DNA of 64,000 nucleotides. It comes from Octopus sinensis (taxonomy: Eukaryota). The stretch spans positions 162,192,001 through 162,256,000 of the forward strand of contig NC_042998.1 of the NCBI RefSeq assembly GCF_006345805.1, written 5' to 3'. A program made the position numbers and the translations under genes. A model generated the notes under the pieces. That model ran no database searches. It was not told the DNA's origin and saw nothing but the letters and a program-made list of their open reading frames with translations. Position 1 is the stretch's first letter; every line of letters begins with the position of its first letter. Shown in pieces: positions 50,783 to 64,000 of this stretch.

Positions 50783-52075
50783 GTATTTACGGGCTAAGCT
50801 GTGTGGTCCACATATCTCACACTATGCTACTGACAGCAGCCTTCATCAAAGTCATTCTAATTTTGAGCATTCCCTGCATGGTGCATCAGGGACTACATTA
50901 TCTAATGTACCCACCTCTTTTTTTTTAAGGATGAAACTTTAGGATGATTTGAGATTCCAGTGTTCATTGCTATTGTTGTTGTTGTTGTTGTTATAACTAC
51001 CCTATGGAATTATTTTGGGGGGAAATTTACTTTAAATATGTAGCTTATTTCTGATTCTCACACTTGGATACCTGTAATCTCACCTCTCACATAAAGCAGA
51101 AATAATCACAATAACATTATTATTATTTAAATAGTATCACTTAATATGTGTGATATCTGTTATAACTTTGGTCTATGAAAAGAATGTTAAAAGATTTTGT
51201 GGTTTCATTACTGTTTATTTTTTCCTTTGACACAATCAAGGAAACATGCATTGTCTCCCTTCATATTTCTATTAAATTCATCCATAAATTATTGATATAA
51301 TCATAAGATAAGATGTGTAAGATAGATAGAAAATTTCACCTTCATTGCAGGTGTTAAATGTGATTTCATATGAGATAAATAGGTATAAATAAATAAAAAT
51401 AGAAAGGTGAATGAAAATGATTGCTTGGATTTCAACTCATGAAAGGATATGTAACAAAACTTAAGGAAATTTGATTGGCGGTTTAAGGTGTGATTTCAGT
51501 ATTTAAGGTAAATGACTGCAGAGTCTGATGTTGCCTTATAAAGTGTATGAACAAAAAAATAATAAAAAATTAACCCGAACAAACCAAGGGTGTCAGTCAC
51601 AATGTTGCCAAATTTTATATTCATTAATAAGATTAGTGTAATGTGTCAGCTAAAATTATTTTCTCTTATCCACTCCATCTCAGACTCAGACAGGGCTGGT
51701 CTCTTTGATTATCAGAAAAAGGCAATTTAATTTGTGATCTGAAGTTTTAATTTATCTGGTGTGAAACAACTGTAGAAGTTTTGGGATAAATTTTTGTTCT
51801 TTCAGGCTCCACTGACCTGACTAAGCAGACAATAAAGCATTCAGTCTAAGGCAATAACTAAAATGAGCTTGAGCACCCAATCATTGTTTATCATCAACTT
51901 CATCATCAGCATCACTGTATGTCAGAAACTGGCACACAAACCAAGCTACAGGGCATATTGTTTGGAGAAGACATAAAGAAACATGTGCTTTGCCCATATA
52001 TATATTTGTATATATGTATGTGTGCATGATCAGGCATGTGTATATTATACATATATATATATATATATCTATCTA

Positions 52076-52128
<53 letters not shown>

Positions 52129-52882
52129 ATCATCAGTAAATCATAAATCTGAAAGAGAAACACACTCTAAGTTATAAAGCAATAGAGTAACTAGATTAAA
52201 GATAGTTATGGTCGGTCTATGGGGTGACTCAGGTTTTCATGTCCATAAAGTGCTTATCTGTACAACATTTCTTCAGAGCCTAATAGCTGGTGGCCTATAA
52301 CCTACACACTCACTCACACACACACACACACACACACATCTATAATACATTAAAAGTCATACTGAGTATTGCTTGCTTGCTTGCAATGTTACTCAGGCAA
52401 ACTGGCGCATAATGGGAAAATACTATGAATTAAGTTTCCACTAAAATATAAACACAAGTGGAATGAAGCAAATTTTGCATAACTTGGATAAGTAGTTGTG
52501 AAGATATTAAGAGCTTTTGGGGGGTGTAAATACACAAAACGGTGAATAATGGGAAAAGTCCCTGAAATTAACTTGATCCTGAAAGATAAGTAACTCTTAC
52601 ACAGTGACTTGACGATGAAAAATGTTTCTATTTTTGCTTTTCTTAAACACAATATTTTAATCATTTAGAAATATTTTTAAGTGAATGTGTTTCAAAAGCG
52701 TAAGTTGTTTGTACAATAAGTATTATATTTTAGCTTTCTTTAAACAGACAATATTTTAAGGTTTTTAAAATTATTTTCAATTGAATACCATACCCCAAAT
52801 TTTTTTGGGCATAAATATTTCGTAAAAGACCTGTTCGTAACCGCAGTGTGAAATAATTTTTTCCATAGGTATTTTTCAAGTG

Positions 52883-52934
<52 letters not shown>

Positions 52935-52937
<3 letters not shown>

Positions 52938-53680
52938 TAAAAAATTATATATAAAAAAAGGAACAAGAACGTGAAATACACAAAGAGACGAACACAAGAA
53001 ACGGACAGGTCATTCAAAGCCTTTAATCTTCAGTCAGAAACCGAATCATCATAGCAAATTTCGGCTGATTAATCCTGATATTGCTCTGACACGGCCAGCC
53101 CCAATGAAAAACTAAGCTGCGAGCATTAGATTTCTTGGAAAAAGGATCGAATGTAAACGAAACAAGGACAGAAAAACGGACGAAGCCACACGAATATAAA
53201 TACAAAAAACAAAAGCAAAAATAAAAATAAAAACAAAAACAAGAATGGTAATAACAGGATAACAGCAGGTGTCTTACGACTTCAGACAAATTTAACTTAT
53301 CTAGCAGGCGTGTTTTGAAAAAAAGCCTTTTCGGCAGACGAAAACAATGTTGAACCGGCATCGGTCACCAACGGAATGGCTGGTTATTCAGCAGGTCACA
53401 TAAGGGTAGAGAGAGAGAGAGAAAGAGAGAGAAAGAGAGAGAAGGAATTAAAGAGGGTGGAAGAAACACGTGAGTGTAGGGAGAGAGAGAGAAAGAAGGA
53501 ATTAAAGAGGATGGAAGGAAGAGGGGGGAAGAGACAGAGCGCGCCAAAGATGGCTTGGCAACAGAAGCAATGGCGCACAGCGAGAAAGACAGAGAAATGT
53601 GAGAGAGTGGGGGAGTGTGTGTGTATATATATATATATGTGTGTGTGTCTGTGTGTGTATGTATACAGAAACACACACAC
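52935..53680 (-). mobile_element. CpG-rich non-coding repeat, possibly Penelope pLTR-related
   Basis: CpG-rich relative to flanks and bounded by microsatellites. The minus strand has CTGAAGA...TTTGAATGACC near its end. Family assignment is tentative. Confidence 0.4.
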
Positions 53681-54599
53681 ACAAACACTCACAAATGGCC
53701 TTTTCTGTACGATTTCTGTCAACTAAATTTCACTGATAGGGCAATAGTCAACTAAAGGCTCACCAAAAGCAGATGATACTTGTCCAAGAAACTGAAACAG
53801 TAATTTAATATCTTTTCTTAATGGTCTGTAGATCTGCAGGTACATTCTACTAAAGTCTTGTATCTATAAAAGAGAAGGATATGACATGATAGCCACTGTC
53901 AAATGTTAAGCTTGTGTCTTTTCAGGTATTTATTCTAACGGTTTATAAAACTCTACTGATAAACAAATATGTTCTACTCATAAAAAACAAGTTACTTAAG
54001 AACCTCTCTCATTATATAATTACATATTCATAATTATGTAATGATTATGATCTGTGTTATTTTACTTAAACCATTAAATTCTATTTATAATTGTTAAATT
54101 CATCATCATAATTCCTATTACTTCAATTTGTTTGTAATACTTGAAACAATAAGAAATTTGATATTGTCATCTTAATAAAGAGTAGCAGAAAATTGAGGAG
54201 GGGAGGCTGTTATGGAGCTGGTAGTGGTAATGGTGGCTGTGATGATGGAAATGCTGATAATGAGACATCATTTAATAGAACTCTCACCATTGTTCTCCCT
54301 CTTTCACTAAATTTTGTTATATTTTTCATAATTATCATTAAGATAAATATTTAGAAATTTCTCCCTAAAGAATATCTCAAAGACAATGCACTGGTGCCAC
54401 CACAATACTCTAAAACTATAGAATCTTCCATACGTTTTCATCTCTTGCCCTTTCTTTCTCTCTTTTTCTGTTTTTCCTAGCCAGCCCACCAGTGCTTACA
54501 TCAGTAATATCTTTGTAGCATTTTCTAAACTATATAACCCTTTGATTACTTTGAAGGTTTGGTTCTTTCATGTAAGTCTCTTATACACAGCTATTTATA

Positions 54600-54873
54600 T
54601 AATACACACATATATATATATACACATACATAAATTCGTTTGCGTGTATATATGCATATATATATATATGTGTGTGTATATATATGTGTATATATATATA
54701 TACATGTATATATGTATATATATATATTACATATATGTATATATATATACATATATGTATATACATATATATATATAGTTATATATATATGTGTGTGTGT
54801 GTGCATGTATATATGTGTGTATGTATATATATATATTATATGTATTCATATGTATATATACATATACACATAG

Positions 54874-54904
<31 letters not shown>

Positions 54905-54995
54905 TACATGCATATAGATACATATATAAACACACACATATACACACACACGTGTGTGTGTGTATATATATGTTTGTGTGTGTGTATGTATGTCT
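54600..54995. repeat. ~400-bp TA/TG/CA compound microsatellite
   Basis: Direct inspection. Confidence 0.9.
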
Positions 54996-55535
54996 GTATA
55001 CTCATATTTGTGTTTGTGTCATGTTACTGATGCTAAAGTTATATATTTCAAAACAAGAAATTTTTCAGAATGGGTAGGAATAAGAGAAAACGTTTTCTTT
55101 TATAGATTTTATCTCAATAAAAGTATTGTTTTTTAGTTCTTTAAAAAAATTATTTTGTCTTTTATTTCCAAACACTTCAGTAAGAATTTCACAATTGTTT
55201 TCAAATATATTCAAATGTATTCCCATTTTTTAAAAACTTTTTCTCTTTTTATTTATTTATTTTTTTTTTTCAATTTCATTTCTGCCCTTTACTTTAAAAA
55301 AAATATATTTACATTTTTGAAATTTTTGAAAAGACAGAAAAATACCTTTTTGAGTGAAGTAACTATATAATTTTGCAAGTGCATGCACATATATACATAA
55401 ATGCATATGAACACTTACACACACACAAATGCTATATATATATATATATATATGATATATGTATGTTAATATGTCGCTATGAAGCCACTGAAGATTCTGT
55501 CTTTGCTTCATGTGTGTGTGTGTGTGTGTGTTTGT

Positions 55536-55567
<32 letters not shown>

Positions 55568-55716
55568 CGAAATAATAAAACATCCTTTCTTTTGAATACA
55601 GTATTTTTTCTTCTTCACTTTTGTTGATTTTCTTGTCATTTATGGAGTGCAAGTACATTGTGACATCAAATAAAGCTTTCTTTAATTGTTTGATGAAATG
55701 GCTGCTAACAAAATTG

Positions 55717-55769
<53 letters not shown>

Positions 55770-56387
55770 TGTGTGGGTGTGTGAATACACACACATGCAT
55801 ACACATACATATATATATATATGTGTGTGTTTGTACGTGTGTAGGGGTTTTCAAGTAAGAGATGACATCTTCCAGTAAAAATTGCATATATATGTGTGTA
55901 CTTATTTATACCTATCATGTATGTGTATTTATATATATATATATGTGCATGTGGGTGTGTATATGCATTTATGTGAGTATCTGTATATATATATGTGTGT
56001 GCATGTGAGCATGTATATGCAGGAATGTATGAGTGTGTTTCTGTGTCTACTCTGGTTTGTGTACCTATGTGTTTGTTTACAATTGTGATTTTCTGAAAGG
56101 TGCTGAGCTACAAGTAATGACGAAGTTCTCATTTCTCCAATCAACAGACCAGCTGCAGCCTGTGAGACTTCAAAGTCATATGGAATAAGAGATATTTTGC
56201 TGAAAACAGTTGAAGTTTAGCAACAGAAGGTGCATGTGGCCATAAAATAATGCCTCAATAATATATTCTTCTAATTCATGCTAGCATAAAATAAAATGAG
56301 TATACAAATGAAATCTTATATATATATATTGGTGTTAACTATCTCTCTATCAACGTACACATGTTTATATGTGTGTGCATGCACTCA

Positions 56388-56430
<43 letters not shown>

Positions 56431-56634
56431 ACATGAATATATATATATATACATATAAAGAATGAAGAATGGAGTTAATGAAATTATTTTTATAACATTG
56501 TTTACAATCATTTTAACAATTCACATTTTGACCAATCTTGTGTCAAGTTCTTAACATTTCATGAGGTAAATGTCTAGATTATGTACCCCAACCTTTACCT
56601 GTTATTGATATACACACATATATATAGTACAGCA

Positions 56635-56835
56635 AGGTAGCAGAATCTTTAACAGAGCAAAATGCTTCACAACATTTCATCTGCCCTTATTTTCTGAGTT
56701 CAAATTCTGCTGAGGTTAACTTTGCCTTTCATCTTTTCAGGGTCAATAAAATAAGTACCAGTTGTGCACTGGGATTGATGTAAGTGACTTATCCCCCCAC
56801 TTCCCTTGCTGGTCTTGTGCCAAAATTTGAAACCA
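56635..56835 (+). mobile_element. SINE family B
   Basis: TTCTGAGTTCAAATTCTGCTGAGGTTAACTTTGCCTTTCATCTTTTCAGGGTCAATAAAATAAGTACC. Confidence 0.85.
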
Positions 56836-56859
56836 ATATACACTTATATATTCATTGGC

Positions 56860-57087
56860 TTAACCCTTTCATTACTGTAATTATTTTGAGATGCTCTGTG
56901 TTTCTTTCAATTATTTTAGATATAACAAAAAATTTATCAAAATAACTTAGTTATCACTCAACTAGTGTTAGGAACATAAATTGTGACTAAGGTTTGGTAG
57001 AAGATTTTAATTCAAAACTTATGGAAACAAGACATTTGTACTCAGATCCAGAACCGGTTTCAACTGGGTTGATAACGAAAGGGTTAA
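56860..57087 (+). mobile_element. piggyBac-like MITE PB2, intact
   Basis: TTAA-CCCTTTCATTAC ... ATAACGAAAGGG-TTAA. 228 bp inclusive. Confidence 0.85.
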
Positions 57088-58611
57088 AAGCTGCACTCTG
57101 TGTTGACTTTTATGTTAGCTCCTGTGGAGAGCTAATTGGGCCTTGGCCAAAAACTTAAGAGTGCAATAGTAATAAAGCATTTATTGGTACCCTACCAATA
57201 TGGTATTGCTTTAAATTCAGTTTAAATGAAAAACTTGTTAGTTCACAAATTTTTGGAATTCTTTTAAAATTTGAATTTTCAACTGTTAGCATATAACAAA
57301 TCTTCATCCAGACCTGGATGTTCAAGAACTGAATGAAGGATAAATATTCAATCCCGGGATCATCCTGATTCCAAAAAGGTATAATATGTCTATGTGGAGC
57401 AAATGTAGACTGAGATACAGGAATACCGGATGGACATACAGACAGAATTTTGTGTTTATTATTATAGATATATACGTTTATGTGTTTCTGTGTGTATGTG
57501 TGTATGTCTTTGTTACTGTTCTTAGCTGTCATTTTTATTGTTATTGTTGTAGTTACAGAAGTAGAAAAATATTAGTTTAAATGTTGACAGTGTTTTTCAG
57601 CTTGATGAATCCTTCTATGCTTTGAGCTCGAATTTATTCATAATTCATTTTAATTTTCCCTTCTATATGGTTTATAAAATAAATACAGAATCATTAACTA
57701 TGACCAACACAGTATTCGTTTTGAACAAAGGCAACCACAAGAGTTTGAAATACTGTTATTGTGAATTTTTCTATTTTCTAGAAAGTTTATTTTTTAAATG
57801 GATTTATGAAATAAATAATATATACAAAGGATTAACAGGTATACAAATATTTTGAAAATACCTCACATAGTGATGACTGTGCCCGGCATAATTACAGGCT
57901 TCTCTTTGGCAAGGCATGGCACCTGTTCAGCCACCCTGCCTGGGATATGGTAGCATAGCATCATGGGACTGCAGCATGATCGATTGTGAAGAGACAGTGG
58001 AAAAGCTCAACTGAGCCAATGTTGCTTCTTACACTGATGCTGAGTGGAGGAATCCTTGGGGATCACCAAACTCTCTCAAGAGAGTAACTGTAATGCATTC
58101 ATAGTGATGGCACCTGTGGTTGAGTAATCAGGTAATGAAAGAATTACTTTGACTCAAGCTCCCAATTCAAATTCATAATAATGGAATTGGATGGTGACAG
58201 AGAGTCATGGCTATCTGCAAAAGCAGTGAAAAAAATAATGATGGTTCCTAATTTAAACACAAAGCCAGTACATTGATAGCTGTGATAGACTGGTTCTTTG
58301 TTTCATTGATTTCTGTGGGGGGATGGTTGACTTCTGTAGGATTTGAAACCAGAAAGTAAAGATCAAGAATAAATATTGCATGATATACTTTCTGATACTC
58401 TAACAATTCTACCAACCCACAACCCTCAAGATACCTTATTAAGAATAGTGCTTCGTTGGTCACTAAATGCACAGTATGTAATTTGGGCAAGAAAACTTTG
58501 TTAAACTTTGTTAAAATTAAAATTTTAAAATAAAATAGAAAGCATTTATTGAATGAAAATAAAAATAGTGAGCAAAAGAAAGATTCACAATATTTGTTAA
58601 GCTTCTAGTGT

Positions 58612-58920
58612 TAAATAATGGTTAGTATATTTGACTCACGATTGTAAATGCTTGAGTTCAATTCCTGGCAACACAATGTGTCCTTGAGCAAAATACTTTA
58701 TTTCACATTGCTCCAGTCCACTCAGCTGGCAAAAATGAGTTGTACCCGTATTTCAAAGGGCCAGCCTTGTCACATTCTGTGTCACACTGAATTTCCCTGA
58801 GAACTACGTCAAGGATTCTTGTGTCTGTGGAATGCTCGGCCACTTGCACGTTAATTTTATGAGCAGGCTGACCATTGATCCACTCAACTGGAGCCCTCAT
58901 TATTGTAACTGACAGAGGGC
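58612..58920 (+). mobile_element. tRNA-derived SINE family D, full length
   Basis: TGGTTAG...GAGTTCAATTCCTGG head, CORE-like GTGTCCTTGAGCAAAATAC, and GAGAACTACGTCAAGG body. Confidence 0.85.
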
Positions 58921-59119
58921 TGGTTTTTGTTTAATATATATATGTATATATAATAATAATAAATAATAATATTAGGGAATAAATTATTATTCCAACCTTA
59001 CAGGTAATTCAGTATAATAATATTAGATTGAATTTCGTAATATGAATATGATATATGTATATAACTAATTTAGAGACGAATCACCATTCCACAACTCTGT
59101 CAATATTGTGCTTGCTTCA

Positions 59120-59275
59120 AAGATATCAAAGGCAGTGGGCAGGCAGAATCTTTAGCACACCAGACAAAATGTTTAGCGGTATTTTGTCCGTCTTCACATT
59201 CTGAGTTCAAATTCCACTGGGGTTGACTTTACCTTTCATCCTTTCATTGGGGTTGATTTAATCAACTTACTCACT
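59120..59275 (+). mobile_element. SINE family B, internally deleted variant
   Basis: Shares its 5' flank and the same internal deletion with 61988-62185. Confidence 0.85.
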
Positions 59276-59460
59276 CAGTCAATCATACATTATATGATTG
59301 TAATAATCTTACTGTTCAATATTATATGTTATTAAAATTTTAGATTAGTATTTGGTATGGTATATATCTCACAGCATGATTTTGGATGGGTTCTTCATTG
59401 ACTGAGTTGTGGAATGGTGGTGCATCTCTAAATTAGTTATATATATATATATATAACTTT

Positions 59461-59831
59461 GCATCCCCAAAGTCCATCCCTCCTCACCATGGTGGGAACG
59501 CTGGCAACGGGTAGTGTCAGAGCTATGCCGTTGGGAACTTCGGTTCCTGGTAGGGCTAGCCAAGGCGGATTGGTCTGACACCGAGTGGTATTAGGGCCAC
59601 AACTCAGCAGATGGGGCTCTGGTGAAAATCATCGGAGTGTCTGTTTCAGCAACCGGTGGCTCCTCGGTTGTTCTGTCCCTGCGTCTGCGGACAATCTGCG
59701 GCAAACAGGATGTCTCTACATGTGGGATTGTTGGGGACCGCTTGTGAAATCCACATATTCCCACGAAACTTCTTCCATGAGTAGAAGAAGCCAACTCAAC
59801 CCACCCAGGGTGAATATCGTCACAAGTCAAG

Positions 59832-59835
<4 letters not shown>
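59461..59835 (+). other. GC/CpG-rich island between (TA)n tracts, possibly an RTE LINE 3' fragment
   Basis: Much higher GC and CpG content than the flanks, ends in CACAAGTCAAGTC, and has a weak ICGK..GL.G..H zinc-finger-like trace. Confidence 0.35.
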
Positions 59836-59887
<52 letters not shown>

Positions 59888-60415
59888 ATATATTTATATA
59901 CACAAGAGTTAGAGAATGGTACATTAAGGGTACATGTGTCTGTGGAGTGCTCAGCTACTTGCATGTTAATTTCATGAGCAGGCTGTTCTGTTGATCAGAT
60001 CAAATGGAACTCCAGAAGGATAAAAGGCAAAGACGAACTCAATGGGATTTGAACTCAGAAAGAGCTGAAGCAAACACAAAAAGCATTTTCTCTGATACTC
60101 TAATGATCCAGCAAACCCACTGCCCTTCTCATGCTAAGTAATGGCTACATGCTAATAATTTTCAAAACTGCTATTGGCTTAGATTCTGTTACACTGGATG
60201 CTGTTATTTTGGAAGTTTACTCTACATCTGTTCACACTCCTCAATTAAAGATTTGTGGCTTCTACATTATGTAAGTAATTATAATCACTGTTGTTTCTTT
60301 CATAACTAAATTGCTTGGGGTTATGTGGTATGATCTAAGGCAGTGGTTTTCGATCATTTTTTGCTTGTGGACCCTATAATTCCTATTTTACTTGGATGTA
60401 CCATCCTAGCCATTC

Positions 60416-60706
60416 ATCATTATCATCATCATCGTTTAACATCTGCTTTCCATACTGGCATGGTTTGACTGAGGACTGGCGAGCCAGATGGCTACACCAG
60501 GCTCCAATCTGATCTGGAAGAGTTTCTACAGCTGGATGCCCTTCCTAATGCTAACCACTCCGAGAGTGTAGTAGGTGCTTTTATATGCCACCACCACGAG
60601 GGCCAGTCAGAGGCGGTACTGGCAATGGCCACACTCAAATGGTGTTTTTTATGTACCACCTGCACAGAAGCCAGTTCAGCGGCACTAGCAACGACCTCGC
60701 TTGAAT
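60416..60706 (-). mobile_element. SINE family C with two ~66-bp units
   Basis: Family C tail. Units start at 60575 and 60642. Confidence 0.85.
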
Positions 60707-60924
60707 GTTGTTTTTCCTCCCTCTCTCTCTCTATATATATTTAATATTTAGCAAAAGCAACAGAATGATTCAAGGGCCAAGTGTTTCATGCATTGGCACT
60801 CATCAAACACAAACTTTCAGCCCCTGAATCATTTTGTTCCCTCAGTCAAATATTAATGAAAATATACATGTATTGTAAGTTCTATTTTCCCTGTCTGCAT
60901 CACGATACTTGTAATTATATCTAT

Positions 60925-61173
60925 ATATATATATCACCGTTATCACTATGACTGACCAGGCTATCAGATGTTGCTACACATCGCTGGTCACAATGCACTT
61001 CACATTTTTTAACCTTCAAATGACGCCACCACCACTCCCTTCCAGAGCCTCATGGAGCTTTAGGTGTTTTCGCTCAATAAACACTCACAACGCCTGGTCT
61101 GGGAATCGAAACCGTGATTCGTGATTCTACAAAACCATGAGTCTGCTGCCCTAACCACTGGGCCATTGCACCT

Positions 61174-61174
<1 letters not shown>
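60925..61174 (-). mobile_element. tRNA-derived SINE (family F)
   Basis: Minus-strand head GGAGGTGCAATGGCCCAGTGGTTAGGGCAGCAGACTC...GGTTTCGATTCCCAG. Confidence 0.75.
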
Positions 61175-61204
<30 letters not shown>

Positions 61205-61225
<21 letters not shown>

Positions 61226-61470
61226 GAAATTTACAGAAAAACAAAAGATGAAAAGATGAAGACAGGTGTATGAACAACAAAACGGTGTATTAGTTTGATG
61301 CTCAGGAATGTGAGAAAGCCTTTTATGTTTCAAGCCTATGCTCTTCAACAGAAAGGAATAAAAGAAAATAAACAGAGAGAATAAAAAAACTTCTAGATTT
61401 AAGACGGAAATAAGAAGAAAGGGAGAGAGAAAGGCAAAGTAACAACATACAGAGTATGAAAAAAACAAAG
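61205..61470 (-). mobile_element. Penelope-pLTR-like repeat, second copy
   Basis: Reverse homolog of 39230-39490, with CTGTTGAAGAGCATAGGCTTGAAACATA on the minus strand at 61318-61355. Confidence 0.55.
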
Positions 61471-61987
61471 TTCAAAAATGTTCACTGTTTAAAAACTATT
61501 AGCAATTGTATAAAAAAATTGTTAAAATATTTTGTATATTGTAGCAATTTATTGCCAATAGATAAATTTTAACAACAAAACCTTATATGGACCCCCAAGG
61601 GACATATGGACCCTGGATGTGAACCATTGTTCTAAGGCAGCTAAGTTCTTCAACTAATTTTTCATACCTTACCTCAAGTTCGTTTATATTGCTCATGTTT
61701 CTTCAGAGAAGCAGAAATATCAAACGATTCTATTTTTTGACTTTATAAGACTGAGCCATTTTTTTCAATAGTAAGCTCTTTATGGACTAAATTTGCCACC
61801 CAGATTTGAATCTTTATTGTGTATTTCCAGATGTGTTATTAATACTCTTGACAAAGTGATTAATCTCACAATTTTCTCTTTCATATCTAACCATAAATCT
61901 GATGCTAGTTGCCATTGTAACAAATATTTATCAATGATTAGATGACTGCCTTTGTATAGAGAAGATGAATATACAAAGCTATATTAG

Positions 61988-62185
61988 AAGATATCAAAGG
62001 CAGTGGGCAGACAGAATCTTTAGCACACCAGTCAAAATGTTTAGGGGCATTTTGTCCGTCTTCACATTCTGAGTTCAAATTCCGCTGAGGTTGACTTTAC
62101 CTTTCATCCTTTCATTGCGGTTGATGTAATCAACTTACTCACCCACCCAACACTGTTGGCTGTGTGCCAAAATTTGAAATCTATA
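61988..62185 (+). mobile_element. SINE family B, internally deleted variant (twin of 59120-59275)
   Basis: AAGATATCAAAGGCAGTGGGCAG start and CCTTTCATT(G/C)(G/C)GGTTGAT deletion junction. Confidence 0.85.
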
Positions 62186-62806
62186 TTACAAGATATTTCA
62201 TATCTTATGTGGCATTTAAGTGTTTTTTGATTTTTGAAAGTTTCACAGATTTATGAGACATGTGGTATATCACACAGACCTCATGGGGAAACAGCTTTGA
62301 GTCTACAAAAAAGAAAATCCTTATTTTTGTTTTTTTATGCTTTGGTTGCTGCCAGTATTGTAATTTATAATTAATTATACCCCAAAGAGAACACAGACTA
62401 CCCAGGCATCTAATCCTGCATATAATTTTCAAGTCTGAGAATAAGTGTCTTGTTGCTTCAGAATTCTTCCTCCCATGGTCATTCAGTGCTGTGTCACTAA
62501 TCAACCCCAAAACTGATTAATGGTTCTAAACATCAGTGTTGTTTAATTTGTATTAAATGTTAATTTTTTTTTTTTTTGTTATGATGTTTAGTAGGTTAGA
62601 CCCAACCAAAATTACTTTCGTGCTGTAATCTAAGATTTAACTTACCTCTACAGTTTCCTGGTAGAAAATGACTAACCAATTAGTTGATGCTGACAATACA
62701 CTAGAAATAAGATTCAAGTCATATCATTTTACTGAAACTTGAACAATTTATTAAAGCTCTCTTTTTCCTCATTTATGTCTTTCTTTATAGTGATGAGAGA
62801 AGTAAA

Positions 62807-62843
<37 letters not shown>

Positions 62844-63216
62844 ATGTATTCATTGTTATTTTACTGTTATTCTGCTTAACTGAAGCCAGATGTCTCAGCT
62901 GGTTATTAACATGTCATATTTTTAGAGAATTTTACAGAAGAATAGTGAATATGATAAATTGGTTTGTTTGTGTCATTGAAGTGATCTGGTGAGAGTAAAC
63001 AAATACAAGTCGAGTTTGACCCTTTTCTAAAGACAAAAAGAAACAAGATCGTTTTGCAAAGTTGAAGTGTTGTGGGTTTGGTGGGTTTCAAGTTGGAAAA
63101 TTCTTGAATTTAATAAATCAAATCTTTGCATGTATAAAACGGTTTTCTTGTGCGTGTATGTGTTTTGGTGTTTGTGTGTGTATGTGTGTGTGTGTGTGTG
63201 CATATTTCTTTATCTC

Positions 63217-63636
63217 TTACTTTTATCTTTTGCTCGTTTCAGTCATTAGACTGTGGTCATACTGGGGCACTACCCCGAGGAGTTTTCGTTGAACTGATCA
63301 ACCCTAGTACTTACTTTATTTTTTTGTTTTTAAGCCTGGTACTTATTCTTTTGGTCTCTTTTGCTGAACTGCTAAGTTATGGGGATGTAAACATACCAAC
63401 ACCAGTCGTCAAGTGGTGTTGGTGGTGGGACAAACAGACACAAAGATACATACACATACTAACACACACACACACACACTCACATATACGACAGCCTTCT
63501 CTTAGATTCCATCTACCAAATCCACTCACAAGGCTTTGGTTGACCGGATGCTATAGTAGAGGACACTTGCCCAAGGTGCCATGCAGTGTGATTGAACCCA
63601 GAACCACATGGTTGGGAAACAAACTTCTTACCACAC
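63217..63636 (-). mobile_element. SINE family A
   Basis: Full-length reverse copy. Confidence 0.85.
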
Positions 63637-63655
63637 ATATATGTATAAATATATA

Positions 63656-63890
63656 TCATCATCATCATCATCATCATTTAATGTCCTTTTTCCATACTAA
63701 AACGGGTTGGACAATTTTACATGAACTAACAAGCTAGAGAAGCTTGTACTGAGCACTAGTATCTACTTTTGCAGGGTTTCTACAGCTGGGTGCCCTTTCT
63801 AGTGCCAACCATTTCACAGAATGTGCTGGGTGCTTTTTCCATGGCACCAGCACTTGTGAAGCCACCAAGTAACTTGCAAGAAAAGACCGT
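63656..63890 (-). mobile_element. SINE family C
   Basis: (CAT)n tail and GGGTTTCTACAGCTGGGTGCCCTTTCTAGTGCCAACC. Confidence 0.8.
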
Positions 63891-64000
63891 TTTTCAACTC
63901 AGTGATTACAAGTATTGAGGTATATGTAAATATGATAGAAGGACAAGAGCAAGCATCTTGTTGAAGAGATGAATGTCTGGCTTCCCCATCTGACTGGCTC

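Larger units (their letters stand above)
60341..61629 (+). mobile_element. hAT-like MITE expanded by nested insertions
   Basis: Ends CAGTGGTTTTCGATC / GATGTGAACCATTG, TSD ATCTAAGG (60333-60340) / TTCTAAGG (61630-61637), GGACCC subterminal motifs. Confidence 0.75.

Noticed and set aside
57860-58200. Moderately GC-rich segment as an RTE 5' UTR or HDV-like ribozyme
   Set aside because: I could not construct the nested pseudoknot or match a family by eye.
59585-59977. 130-aa ORF
   Set aside because: It runs from the GC-rich island through a TA repeat into a SINE, so it is a chance fusion.

Overview
AT-rich, repeat-saturated non-coding eukaryotic DNA. The SINE families, microsatellite load and TE complement point to a coleoid cephalopod, most likely Octopus (inference from recalled repeat families; no search was run). 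No intact protein-coding gene, rRNA, true tRNA gene or CRISPR array is supportable. Almost all ORFs in the supplied track are translations of microsatellites or SINEs. Supported content: (1) several tRNA-derived SINE families, dozens of copies, often in inverted pairs. (2) One full-length but disrupted Tc1/mariner transposon with a DD36E catalytic spacing (44143-45414). (3) hAT-like and piggyBac-like MITEs, two hAT copies with clear 8-bp TSDs, and a ~280-bp near-perfect palindromic MITE. (4) 3' relics of CR1, R4/Dong-type and other RLE-type LINEs, and a Penelope-like GIY-YIG element. (5) Several decayed hammerhead-ribozyme-like motifs, one of them in the tail of a tRNA-headed SINE-like element. 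(6) A 2.07-kb foldback element (395-2460) that split an older MITE and carries the same SINE at the same site in both inverted arms. A few splice-site-defined micro-exon candidates (best: 7262/7266-7295) suggest the window lies inside the large introns of an unidentified host gene. Most repeat boundaries are approximate (about +/-10 bp) unless a TIR or TSD defines them.
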